Shown here: positions 1-8,522 of the stretch, piece by piece | Position numbering within the stretch: position 1 is the stretch's first letter | How the letters are laid out: each line of letters begins with the position of its first letter | Position numbers and translations under genes: made by a program | NCBI GenBank assembly: GCA_900542085.1 | Contig: UQMK01000001.1 | Location: forward strand, 31,707 to 95,706 | Origin: an uncultured Collinsella sp. | GTDB lineage: Bacteria; Actinomycetota; Coriobacteriia; Coriobacteriales; Coriobacteriaceae | Reading direction: 5' to 3' | Length of the DNA stretch: 64,000 nt | The notes under the pieces: model-generated | What the model was told of the DNA's origin: nothing | Database searches by the model: none | The model's input: only the letters and a program-made list of their open reading frames with translations

Positions 1-2256
1 TGCTCGTTCCTTATGATTGGCTATACGCGCACGCCCGAGGCCATCAAGAACGCCTTCACCCAGATCATCCTCAACATGCTGGGCGGCATCGCGTTTTTGG
101 CCGGCCTCATGTACCTGCACGTTAACGGTATGCCGCTGACCATCTCGGGTATGATCGAGCTTTCCGGCGCCGGAACCGCGCAATCCGCGCTGCTGGTGAT
201 GCCGGTCATTCTGCTGTCGCTCGCCGCACTCACCAAGGCCGCACAGATGCCGTTCCACACTTGGCTGCTTGGCGCCATGGTTGCCCCCACGCCCACGAGC
301 GCCCTGCTGCACTCGTCAACCATGGTCAAAGCCGGCGTGTTCCTAATGGTCAAGCTGAGCCCGCTCTATGCCATCTATCCCGTGACCGGCTTTATGGTCA
401 CGAGTGTGGGTGCCATCACGTTTTTGCTCGCTGCCCTCATGGCCATCTCGCAGAGCAACGCCAAGCGCGTGCTCGCGTACTCCACCATTTCCAACTTGGG
501 TCTCATCAGTGCCTGCCTGGGTGTCGGCGCGCCCGAGGCCGTATGGGCGGCCATCTTCCTGATCCTGTTCCACACGGTGGCAAAGTCGCTGCTGTTCCTG
601 TGCGTGGGCACGGCCGAGCATCATATCGGCAGCCGCAATATCGAGGACATGGACGGTATGTTCAGCCGCATGCCGCACCTGACGCGCCTGATGATGCTGG
701 GCATCATGGGCATGTTTGTGGCGCCGTTTGGCATGCTCGTGTCCAAGTGGGGCGCCCTGGTTGCGTTTGCGCAGACCGGCAACGTGCTCATGATCATGGT
801 GCTTGCCTTTGGCTCGGCCGCGACGTTTTACTTCTGGGGCAAGTGGCTTGCCAAGCTTTCGGGCGTCGACCCCACGGCTCAAAACGTTGAGGTCAATGTC
901 CATAAGACCGAATGGATGGCGCTCAACACCATCGCCGCACTGCTGATTCTGTGCTGCGTGGCGTTCCCGATTATCTCGAGCGGTCTGGTGTCGCCTTACT
1001 TGGCCATGGTGTTTGGCCGCGTGCCGTACGTTATCGGCAAGGACGCCATGTATCTGATGGTGGTTATCGTGGCTTTTATCGCCGTGGTGCTGCTGACGTC
1101 GTTCCGCGTGAGCAATAAGCCGCACGTCAACGTGTACCTTTCGGGCGTGGGAACCGACAAATATCGCCATTTCCGCGGCTCGATGGGACACGAGGTGAAG
1201 GCCGAAAAGCGCAATTGGTACTCGGAGGACGCCCTTGGCGAGAAGCGTATCGGCCCCGCGGGCAGCGTCGTGTGCTGCAGCATTATCTTGTTTGCGCTGC
1301 TGTGTTGCGCGTGGATTGGACCCGAGCGGCTTGCCATGAGCGCGCCCTCGGTGCTGCGCGGCAAGTATTTTGAAGGTTCGGGCGTCGTGGGCATCTTTAT
1401 TGGTACCGTGGCGTTTGCCTTGCTGGCGCCTTTGGTTGGTGGCCTGATCGACGGCGTTGACCGTAAGCTTTCGGCTCGCATGCAGGGCCGCGTGGGCCCG
1501 CGCTTGCTGCAGCCCTTCTACGACGTTGCCAAGCTGTTGCGCAAGGCTCCTGCCAGCGTAAACACCATGGACGATACCTACATGGCGTGCGCGCTCATCT
1601 TTACCGTGGTGGGCGGCGGCATCTTTGTGTCGGGTTCCAACACGCTGTTGTGCGCTTTTATGGTGACGCTCGCCGCGATCTTTGTGGTGTTGGCGTCCGC
1701 CTCGACGCAAAGCCCGTTTGCCCAGGTCGGCGCCGACCGCGAGCTGCTGCAGGTTATGAGTTACGAGCCCGCCGTTCTGCTGATGAGCGTGGGCCTGTAT
1801 CTTGCCACCGACAGCTTCGATTCCATTGCCGTGACGGGGCAGTCGGCCCCCATCGTCGTGTACAGCGCGCCCATTTTCTTCGCGCTGCTCGCGGTGCTTA
1901 CCATCAAGCTGCGCAAGTCGCCGTTTGACCTTTCGTACTCGCATCACGCGCATCAGGAGATTGTCCAGGGCGTCGCCACCGAGATGAGCGGCGGCACGCT
2001 GGCAAAGATGACCCTTATGCACTGGTGCGAGACCGTGCTGTTTTTGATGTGGGTGGGCATGTTCTTTGTTTGGGACAACCCGGTGAGCTGGGTCGTGGCC
2101 CTGGTCGTGATGGCCGCGACGTATTTTGTCGAGGTGCTGATCGACAACACCTTCGCACGCAGCACCTGGCGCAGCTGCTTTAAGCTCGGATGGGGCGTGG
2201 CGCTGGTGTTTGGCCTGCTCAACCTTATGCCCATCCTCGTCGACGTGTTTATTTAG
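1..2256 (+). CDS. Ech-type hydrogenase membrane subunits, apparent in-frame fusion of a NuoL/HyfB-like antiporter module (N-terminal part, 5'-truncated by the window edge) and a NuoH/HycD/EchB-like module
   Basis: The ORF is open to position 1. It has many transmembrane helices. The C-terminal half carries the NuoH/HycD signature GLIDGVDRKLSARMQGRVGPRLLQPFYDVAKLL. The N-terminal half resembles NuoL/MnhA antiporter-like subunits. It is followed by small, large and FeS hydrogenase subunit genes. Confidence 0.8.
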   Translation, partial: CSFLMIGYTRTPEAIKNAFTQIILNMLGGIAFLAGLMYLHVNGMPLTISGMIELSGAGTAQSALLVMPVILLSLAALTKAAQMPFHTWLLGAMVAPTPTSALLHSSTMVKAGVFLMVKLSPLYAIYPVTGFMVTSVGAITFLLAALMAISQSNAKRVLAYSTISNLGLISACLGVGAPEAVWAAIFLILFHTVAKSLLFLCVGTAEHHIGSRNIEDMDGMFSRMPHLTRLMMLGIMGMFVAPFGMLVSKWGALVAFAQTGNVLMIMVLAFGSAATFYFWGKWLAKLSGVDPTAQNVEVNVHKTEWMALNTIAALLILCCVAFPIISSGLVSPYLAMVFGRVPYVIGKDAMYLMVVIVAFIAVVLLTSFRVSNKPHVNVYLSGVGTDKYRHFRGSMGHEVKAEKRNWYSEDALGEKRIGPAGSVVCCSIILFALLCCAWIGPERLAMSAPSVLRGKYFEGSGVVGIFIGTVAFALLAPLVGGLIDGVDRKLSARMQGRVGPRLLQPFYDVAKLLRKAPASVNTMDDTYMACALIFTVVGGGIFVSGSNTLLCAFMVTLAAIFVVLASASTQSPFAQVGADRELLQVMSYEPAVLLMSVGLYLATDSFDSIAVTGQSAPIVVYSAPIFFALLAVLTIKLRKSPFDLSYSHHAHQEIVQGVATEMSGGTLAKMTLMHWCETVLFLMWVGMFFVWDNPVSWVVALVVMAATYFVEVLIDNTFARSTWRSCFKLGWGVALVFGLLNLMPILVDVFI

Positions 2257-2268
2257 GAGGCGGCATTC

Positions 2269-2886
2269 ATGGATCATAAAATGTCGCGCTCGCCGTGGGT
2301 TATTCATTACGACGGCTCGAGCTGCAACGGATGCGATATCGAGGTGCTGGCCTCGCTCACGCCGCTGTTCGATGCGGAGCGGTTTGGCGTGGTCAACACC
2401 GGCAACCCCAAGCATGCGGACATCTTTTTGGTGACGGGTTCGGTCAATGCCCAGAACCTGCCCGTCGTGCGCCAGATCTACAACCAGATGCTCGAGCCCA
2501 AGTGCGTGGTGGCGTGCGGCATCTGCGCGTGCTCGGGCGGCGTATTCCGCGATGCCTACAACGTGATCGGAGGCGTGGACCGCGCGATTCCCGTGGACGT
2601 ATACGCACCCGGGTGTGCCATTCGTCCCGAGACGGTGATTGATGCCATCGTGGAGGCGTGCGGCATCCTGGATCAGAAGGAGGCCGTGATGCGTGCTGGC
2701 GGTGACCCGCTTACCGTGGGCGGTGCTGCTACCTGGGATGGCGGCGTTGAGCTGGGCGAGGACGGATTTGTGGCTGCGGGGGCCGGGGCTGACGGTGCCG
2801 GTGACGCGCCTGCCGGGAAGCCCGCCGCGCCCGTCGCTGGCGACGCATCTGCTGAGACGCCCGCCGCTGCAAAGGAGGCCGAGTAA
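2269..2886 (+). CDS. echC: Ech hydrogenase small subunit (NuoB/HycG-like) with Ala/Gly/acidic low-complexity C-terminal tail
   Basis: It carries NuoB-like Cys motifs (CNGC...CGICACSGG...PGC). An AGGAGG RBS lies 7 nt upstream of the ATG. The last ~65 aa are an A/G/D/E-rich tail. Confidence 0.85.
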   Translation: MDHKMSRSPWVIHYDGSSCNGCDIEVLASLTPLFDAERFGVVNTGNPKHADIFLVTGSVNAQNLPVVRQIYNQMLEPKCVVACGICACSGGVFRDAYNVIGGVDRAIPVDVYAPGCAIRPETVIDAIVEACGILDQKEAVMRAGGDPLTVGGAATWDGGVELGEDGFVAAGAGADGAGDAPAGKPAAPVAGDASAETPAAAKEAE

Positions 2887-3602
2887 TGCAAAAGGCTATC
2901 TATACCACCGTCGGGATCGACGAGCTCCTGTCGCATGTCCAGGCGCTCAAGGGCGTCGGCGCGCGCTTTGTGCAAATGCATGCCGAGCGCAACGTCGACG
3001 ACGGCACGTATCGCCTGGTCTATACGTTTATCAACGTTCGTGCTGCACAGGAGCAGATCGCTCAGGATGGCAGCTATGCGATCGAGAACCTGGTGGTCGA
3101 GGGCATCGACCAGTACCAGGAGATTCCGTCCATCAGCTCGTATTATCCGGCGGTATTCCCGTTTGAGAACGAGGCGCACGACCTGTTTGGGCTTGCCATT
3201 ACCGATATGCAGATCGACTTTAAGGGCTTTTTCTACCAGGTCTCGACTGCCGAGCCCATGAGCGTTATCACACCCGAGGTGAAGGCCGCGCGCGAGAAAG
3301 CCATGAAGGTCCGTGCCGCCGCAGAGGCCAAGGCGCGCAAGGCTGCGGCCGAAAAGGCCGCTGCCGCTGCTGCTGCGGGGGAGGGCGCCGCAGGCGCCGG
3401 CGATGCTGCGGGCGCTGCCGTCGCCCAGTCCGCTGCGGCTACCGGCTCCGATGCTCAGCACGATGGGGCTGCTGCGAAGGCCGCGCTCAAGGCTGCCGAG
3501 ATGGAGGCAAAGCTCGCAGCCATGGATCCCGAGAAAGCGGCCAAGGTCCGCGCGGCACTTGCCGCCAGGGCCGCCCGCGACAAGCAGAAAAAGGAGGCGT
3601 AA
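2886..3602 (+). CDS. echD: Ech hydrogenase subunit EchD (NuoC/HycE-N-like) with long Ala/Lys-rich C-terminal tail
   Basis: It has NuoC-like 30-kDa subunit homology (…YRLVYTFINV…FENEAHDLFGL…). Its start overlaps the previous stop in a TAATG arrangement. The last ~100 aa are an AKAAAE-rich low-complexity tail. Confidence 0.75.
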   Translation: MQKAIYTTVGIDELLSHVQALKGVGARFVQMHAERNVDDGTYRLVYTFINVRAAQEQIAQDGSYAIENLVVEGIDQYQEIPSISSYYPAVFPFENEAHDLFGLAITDMQIDFKGFFYQVSTAEPMSVITPEVKAAREKAMKVRAAAEAKARKAAAEKAAAAAAAGEGAAGAGDAAGAAVAQSAAATGSDAQHDGAAAKAALKAAEMEAKLAAMDPEKAAKVRAALAARAARDKQKKEA

Positions 3603-3607
3603 GGTCC

Positions 3608-4696
3608 ATGGCACATCGCTCCGTTATTCCGTTTGGCCCGCAACACCCGGTGCTGCCCGAGCCGCTTCATCTGGACCTGGTGATCGAGGACGACCGCGTC
3701 ATCGAGGCAATTCCGCAGATCGGCTTTGTGCACCGCGGACTCGAGAAGCTCACCGAAAAGCGCGACATGCACCAGTTTGGCTACATCGCCGAGCGCATCT
3801 GCGGCATCTGCGCCGTGGGCCACAGCTACGGCTATGCCAGCGCCTGCGAGCGCATGCTCGACATCGAGGTGCCCGGCCGCGCGCAGTATATCCGCACCAT
3901 TTTGCACGAGCTTTCGCGCATCCACTCGCATCTGCTGTGGCTGGGCCTGCTCGCCGATGCCTTTGGCTTCGAGGCGCTGTTCTATCGGTCGTGGACCCTG
4001 CGCGAGCAGATTCTCAAGATCTTCGAGAGCACGTGCGGTGGTCGCGTGATTCTGTCGATCAACGAGATCGGCGGCCTTAAGCACGACATTGAGGACTCCG
4101 AGCTGGCGGGTATTGTCCAGACGCTCGATGCCATGCGTCCCGACTACGAGGCCCTGGTGCATACGTTTTTGGACGACAATAGCTGCGGCGAGCGCCTGCA
4201 TGGCGTGGGCGTGATCAGCAAGAAGGACGCGCTGAATCTGTCGATGGTCGGCCCGTTCGGTCGCGCCTCGGGCGTGGATTACGACGTGCGCATGTTTGGC
4301 GACGGTGCCTATGCAGGCCTGGCAGCATTTGAGCCCATCGTTGCTACCGACGGCGACTGCTATGCCCGCTGCCAGGTGCGTTGTGCCGAGGTCACGCAGG
4401 CCATGGACATCATCAAGGAGCTTGTGGGCAAGATTCCGCACGACGGTATCGGCGGGCGCACCAAGCTCACGCCGGCCGACGGCGCGCGCGGCGAGGTTGT
4501 GATTGAGCAGCCGCGCGGCGAGGCGTACTACTATGTGCGCGGTAACGGCACCAAGAATCTGGACCGTTTTCGCGTGCGCACGCCGACGTCGCAAAATCTG
4601 GCGGGTCTGACGCATGCGTTGCAGGGCGTGCTCCTTGCCAACGTGCCCATGATTATCCTGACCATCGACCCCTGCATTAGCTGCACGGAAAGGTAG
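3608..4696 (+). CDS. echE: Ech hydrogenase large (catalytic NiFe) subunit, NuoD/HycE-like
   Basis: The N-terminal RICGICAVGHSYGYASACE motif and the C-terminal DPCISCTER motif are Ni-binding Cys pairs. The protein ends directly after the motif with no C-terminal extension. There is an AGGAGG RBS. Confidence 0.9.
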   Translation: MAHRSVIPFGPQHPVLPEPLHLDLVIEDDRVIEAIPQIGFVHRGLEKLTEKRDMHQFGYIAERICGICAVGHSYGYASACERMLDIEVPGRAQYIRTILHELSRIHSHLLWLGLLADAFGFEALFYRSWTLREQILKIFESTCGGRVILSINEIGGLKHDIEDSELAGIVQTLDAMRPDYEALVHTFLDDNSCGERLHGVGVISKKDALNLSMVGPFGRASGVDYDVRMFGDGAYAGLAAFEPIVATDGDCYARCQVRCAEVTQAMDIIKELVGKIPHDGIGGRTKLTPADGARGEVVIEQPRGEAYYYVRGNGTKNLDRFRVRTPTSQNLAGLTHALQGVLLANVPMIILTIDPCISCTER

Positions 4697-4703
4697 GCGC
4701 GGC

Positions 4704-5045
4704 ATGAGTTTACTGACATTTGCCAAGACGGCCTTGGGCTCTATGGTCAAGCAGCCGGTCACGGTGTGCTATCCGCAGGAAAAGCTCGTGGCGCCCGAGC
4801 GCCTGCGCGGGCACATCGTTAACGACATGGACGTGTGCATTTGCTGCGGCATGTGCGCGCGTCGCTGCCCGGCGGGCGCGCTTGCGGTCGATCGCAAGGG
4901 CGGTACCTGGTCGATCGATCCGTATGCCTGCGTGGTATGCGGCGAGTGTATCGAAAGCTGTCCCAAACACTGCCTGACTATGGACACCGCCCGCACCCCA
5001 GTCGCAGCGAACAAGACTCCCACGGTAGAAGCTAAGTCGGAGTAG
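4704..5045 (+). CDS. echF: Ech hydrogenase 2x[4Fe-4S] ferredoxin subunit (NuoI/HycF-like)
   Basis: It has two CxxCxxCxxxCP motifs (CICCGMCARRCP and CVVCGECIESCP). Confidence 0.85.
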   Translation: MSLLTFAKTALGSMVKQPVTVCYPQEKLVAPERLRGHIVNDMDVCICCGMCARRCPAGALAVDRKGGTWSIDPYACVVCGECIESCPKHCLTMDTARTPVAANKTPTVEAKSE

Positions 5046-5066
5046 CGCTGGAATAGAGCTGGAATA

Positions 5067-5100
5067 GGGGTCGGTGGGGCTAAATTGCCCCACCGGCCCC
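5067..5100 (+). terminator. GC-rich hairpin downstream of ech operon (14-bp stem, loop TAAATT), no clear T-tract
   Basis: GGGGTCGGTGGGGC / GCCCCACCGGCCCC form an inverted repeat with one G·U pair. Confidence 0.4.
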
Positions 5101-5127
5101 GCACTTAAATGCGCGGTTATGCTGCTG

Positions 5128-5284
5128 CGAACAAAACTATGCCGGTTTACTACGATAAATCGCCTACTCTCAACCACACCGCATTTGGCAAAACAAAAAC
5201 CGCAGGTAGACGGCTCGCAGTTTTGCGAAAAAGCCGCGTGTGATCGGCGACCACGTTTTTATCGTAGTAAACCGGCATAGTTTT
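5128..5284. repeat. MITE-like/palindromic unit 1: 28-bp terminal inverted repeats CAAAACTATGCCGGTTTACTACGATAAA flanking ~97 bp
   Basis: There is a forward copy at 5131-5158 and a reverse-complement copy at 5257-5284. Confidence 0.7.
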
Positions 5285-5387
5285 GAAATGCCACCATATC
5301 AGTACCAGCCCCTGATCTCCCGTGGACAGAGGGAAACGGATCATTTTGGTCCCGCGAGGCTTGCGGAGGCACCCGTGCAGGGCCGCC

Positions 5388-5549
5388 CGAACAAAACTAT
5401 GTCGGTTTACTACGATGAATTCGACATTCCCGACCATGACTGCATTTTTCTAAATATTGCAAGCGTTCTACCTGCGGTTTTGCAAGCGCGCAATTTACCG
5501 TGGTCGAAGGTGGGCGATTCATCGTAGTAAACCGGCATAGTTTTGAAAT
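5388..5549. repeat. MITE-like/palindromic unit 2: near-identical 29-bp inverted repeats (one C/T difference) flanking ~100 bp
   Basis: There is a forward copy at 5391-5419 and a reverse copy at 5520-5548. The left flank CGAACAAAAC and right flank TTGAAATG are shared with unit 1, which points to tandem duplication. Confidence 0.7.
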
Positions 5550-5605
5550 GGTATTAAATCGGTGGCAGCCATTTTGCTATGCCGGGGTGGTCGGTCGTTG
5601 GGTAA

Positions 5606-6235
5606 TTACCCTCGCAGGTAGGCGATGGCGATTTGCGTGCGGTTGCGCAGGCCCATCTTTGCCAGGATCGAGCTGATGTGGTTGCGCACGGTGCCTTCGC
5701 CCATGTAGGCGGTGGCGGCGATCTCCTTGTTGTCGAGGCCACGAGCGATGAGCTCGGCGACTTCGAACTCGCGGTCGGTCAGGCTGGCGAAGGCCGCGGG
5801 CCGGCGGAGCGTGTCCGCCTCGACGCCCGTTCCGTCAAAATCGATATCCTCGATCGCCTTACCCTCGAGTACGCGCTTGCCGTCCATGACTTGCACCAAC
5901 GCTGGCGGAATGGCGGCGACATCGGTCTTGATCAGGTAGCCGCGGGCGCCCAGTTTGAGCGCCGACACAATGTACTCGTCATCCGAGAATGTCGTCAGAA
6001 ACACCACGCGCGCCGCAGGGTCGCGCTCAAGGATTTCGCGTGCTGCCGAAAGTCCGTCACGCCCCGGCATCTGAATGTCGAGCAGCGCGATGTCGGGCGC
6101 GTGCTCGGCGTAGAGCGCGACCGCGTCGTCGCCATTGGCGCCGGTGCCCACTACCTCGATTTGCGGCTGGGCGCCCAGGATAATCTTGAGCGAATCGACC
6201 ACCAAGCGGTCGTCGTCGACAACGATGAGCCTCAT
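5606..6235 (-). CDS. LuxR/NarL-family response regulator
   Basis: There is a REC domain (…VVDDDRLV…LLDIQMPGRDG…) and a C-terminal LuxR HTH (LTDREFEVAELIARGLDNKEIA…TVRNHISSILAKMGLRNR). Confidence 0.9.
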   Translation of the reverse strand: MRLIVVDDDRLVVDSLKIILGAQPQIEVVGTGANGDDAVALYAEHAPDIALLDIQMPGRDGLSAAREILERDPAARVVFLTTFSDDEYIVSALKLGARGYLIKTDVAAIPPALVQVMDGKRVLEGKAIEDIDFDGTGVEADTLRRPAAFASLTDREFEVAELIARGLDNKEIAATAYMGEGTVRNHISSILAKMGLRNRTQIAIAYLRG

Positions 6236-7377
6236 CGGCCCTCATCTCCTTGCTGTTTGGGAACGGTGGCAAACACGCGCCAGCCGCTGGCGCCGGCACG
6301 CGGGCTGGCGGAGAAGGTGCCGCCAAGCGCCTCGATGCGCTCGCGCATGGAGGCAAGCCCCATGCCCTCCGCGGCGCCGCGGCTGCTTGCTTGGACCTCG
6401 CCCGCGCCATCGTCGGTAACGATGAGCTGGTAAAACGACGGATGCTCCATGCACCGTACGGTGACAGTATGGGCGCAAGCGTGGCGCATGGTGTTGGAGA
6501 GCGCCTCGCGCAGGACCGCCGCAAAGCAGTTGGCGACGTTTGCGGGTGCATGCTCGGCCATAACTTCAAGCTCAATCTGCGGACCGCCGTCCGAGCGCGC
6601 GCCTTCGACAATGCGTTCGAGCTGCACGGAAAGGTCGACGGCGTTGTCGTTGAGCGCGTGGACGCTGGTGCGCACAAGCTGGAGCGCCTCGTCAACCGTG
6701 CGTTTGACGTCGGCGAAATCGGCGGCAACCCTGGGCTCGTCGGCGTGCACGACGCGCAGGGCCTCGGTCTGCAGCGAGGCGCGCGTGAGCTGGTGGCCGA
6801 CGTTATCGTGGATCTCGCGCGCGATACGGGCGCGTTCGGCGAGTGTCGCGAGCTCGACTTCGTAGTCCTGACGATCGGCAAGGTCGCGGTTGCGCGCTTC
6901 GAGCACGAGGGCTCGTTCCTGCAGTTCGTCGCGGGTACGGCGCATGCGCTGCTGCTCGCGCTCCAACTGGGCGGTACGTAGCGATAGCAAGGTGGCGGCA
7001 ACCGAAAGGATGGCGGTCAGCAGGAGCGTTCGGGCGGTGAGCGCATCGGCGCGAAGGTCCGCGACGAGCGCAAAGACAAGGACGGAGCCAATGCCCAGCG
7101 CGACCCAGGCATGCTCGCGGTGCGCGCGCCGCGCGATGTCATAGAGGGCGAGAGGCGCAAACGGCACAAACGGCGGCGCAAAGACGGCCGCGATGATGTA
7201 AGCGTAACTCGTGGCCTTGCTTACACGGCGTGTGCGTTCCCCCTGTGCGATCTCGGCCAACGAGGTGGCAATAACGCCAAGGCAAAACGCCGCGACCAGG
7301 CGAGCGTCCACAGCAAGGCCCGTAGCGGCCGCAATGCAGCACGCCAGCACGATCGATTTGTCGAAAAGCCTGTTCAT
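6232..7377 (-). CDS. Sensor histidine kinase, HisKA_3 (NarX/LiaS/DesK-like), membrane-anchored
   Basis: It has N-terminal TM helices, an H-box (REIHDNVGHQLT) and an HATPase_c. Its stop overlaps the RR start (ATGA). The start was placed at MNRLF (7377). The ORF is open further upstream to 7539, so the start is uncertain. Confidence 0.8.
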   Translation of the reverse strand: MNRLFDKSIVLACCIAAATGLAVDARLVAAFCLGVIATSLAEIAQGERTRRVSKATSYAYIIAAVFAPPFVPFAPLALYDIARRAHREHAWVALGIGSVLVFALVADLRADALTARTLLLTAILSVAATLLSLRTAQLEREQQRMRRTRDELQERALVLEARNRDLADRQDYEVELATLAERARIAREIHDNVGHQLTRASLQTEALRVVHADEPRVAADFADVKRTVDEALQLVRTSVHALNDNAVDLSVQLERIVEGARSDGGPQIELEVMAEHAPANVANCFAAVLREALSNTMRHACAHTVTVRCMEHPSFYQLIVTDDGAGEVQASSRGAAEGMGLASMRERIEALGGTFSASPRAGASGWRVFATVPKQQGDEGR

Positions 7378-7574
7378 ACGGGTATTGTACGCGAAGCCGC
7401 GCGTGGTGGAGGGGCCGCCTGCGCAACCGTGACATTCCTCCCGTACAGCAAATTGGGGGCGCCGGCGGGCCACGCGGCCAAGCCTCGCACTCGTGACAAA
7501 GCTCACTGGTGCGCGCCGGCGGCTCCTGCGATGATGCAATCGTACCGGGCCGCAATCAACAGGAGGGCCGCCTC

Positions 7575-8513
7575 ATGACAGACATCGTCCACGTCGAAAA
7601 CCTCGTCAAGCGCTATGACGACCTTATTGCGCTCGACCACTTTAACCTGAGCATCGCCCCCGGCGAGATCTTTGGTCTGCTGGGTCCCAACGGCTCGGGC
7701 AAGACCACGTCCATCAACTGTATTCTGCAGCTGCTTGCCTACGACAAAGGCACCATCGAGCTGTTCGGCGAGCCCATGACGCCCGCCCGTTATGATCTCA
7801 AGCGCCGCATCGGCGTGGTGCCGCAGCAGGTGGCGGTGTTTGACGAGCTTACGGTGCGCGAGAATATCGACTATTTCTGTAGCCTTTACATCAGCGACCG
7901 CAAGCGCCGCCGCGCGCTCGTGGACGAGGCGATTGACTTTGTCGGCCTGGGCGACTTTACCAAGTTCCGCCCCGGCAAGCTCTCGGGCGGCCTGGCGCGT
8001 CGCCTCAACATTGCCTGCGGCATCGCGCACAAGCCCGAGCTCATCTTTTTTGACGAGCCCACGGTGGCGGTCGACCCCCAGAGCCGCAACGCCATCCTGG
8101 AGGGCATCTGCCGCCTGCGCGACGAGGGCGCCACGGTGGTGTATACCAGCCATTACATGGAGGAAGTCGAGCAAATCTGCAGCCGCATCATGATCATGGA
8201 CGGCGGCCGCGTGCTGGCGCAGGGCACCAACGACGAGCTCAAGCGCATGATTCAGATGGGCGAGCGCGTGACCGTCGAGGTCGGCGCCGTCGAGCCCGCC
8301 ACGGTCGAGCGGCTGCGCGCCCTCGAGCACGTGCTTTCGGTTGAGCTGTCTGGCGGCGAGCTCGTCTGCACCTGCGAAGCGAGCCCACACAATCTGGTCG
8401 ACATCCTCGACACGCTGCGCGCCGCCGATGTGGCGCTCGGCCGCGTGTGGAGCGAGCCGCCGACCCTCAACGACGTGTTCCTCGAGATCACCGGCCGCGA
8501 GCTGCGCGACTAG
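7575..8513 (+). CDS. ABC transporter ATP-binding protein (ABC-2 type)
   Basis: It has a Walker A motif (GPNGSGKTT), an LSGG signature, and an AGGAGGG RBS before MTDIVHV. Confidence 0.9.
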   Translation: MTDIVHVENLVKRYDDLIALDHFNLSIAPGEIFGLLGPNGSGKTTSINCILQLLAYDKGTIELFGEPMTPARYDLKRRIGVVPQQVAVFDELTVRENIDYFCSLYISDRKRRRALVDEAIDFVGLGDFTKFRPGKLSGGLARRLNIACGIAHKPELIFFDEPTVAVDPQSRNAILEGICRLRDEGATVVYTSHYMEEVEQICSRIMIMDGGRVLAQGTNDELKRMIQMGERVTVEVGAVEPATVERLRALEHVLSVELSGGELVCTCEASPHNLVDILDTLRAADVALGRVWSEPPTLNDVFLEITGRELRD

Positions 8514-8522
8514 GGGGCAGCT

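Noticed and set aside
1130-1400. Possibility that the NuoL-like/NuoH-like fusion is a sequencing frameshift
   Set aside because: Not rejected outright. A single uninterrupted frame is what the sequence shows, so the fusion is reported as observed and flagged for read-level verification.
343-2415. Long antisense ORFs (690 aa here; similar ones at 3455-4762, 9643-11067, 11955-13961, 18200-20869, 32887-34461, 40290-42002, 53393-55651, 55962-57608 and others) overlapping well-supported genes
   Set aside because: High GC content suppresses stop codons on the opposite strand. The translations are Arg/Ala/Gly/His-rich low-complexity with no domain signatures, whereas the sense-strand genes have clear homology.
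5150-5527. Small ORFs (95 aa each) spanning the palindromic repeat units, both containing FIVVNRHSF
   Set aside because: The shared peptide is just the repeat translated in one frame on either strand. There is no RBS and the ORFs are embedded in an inverted-repeat structure.
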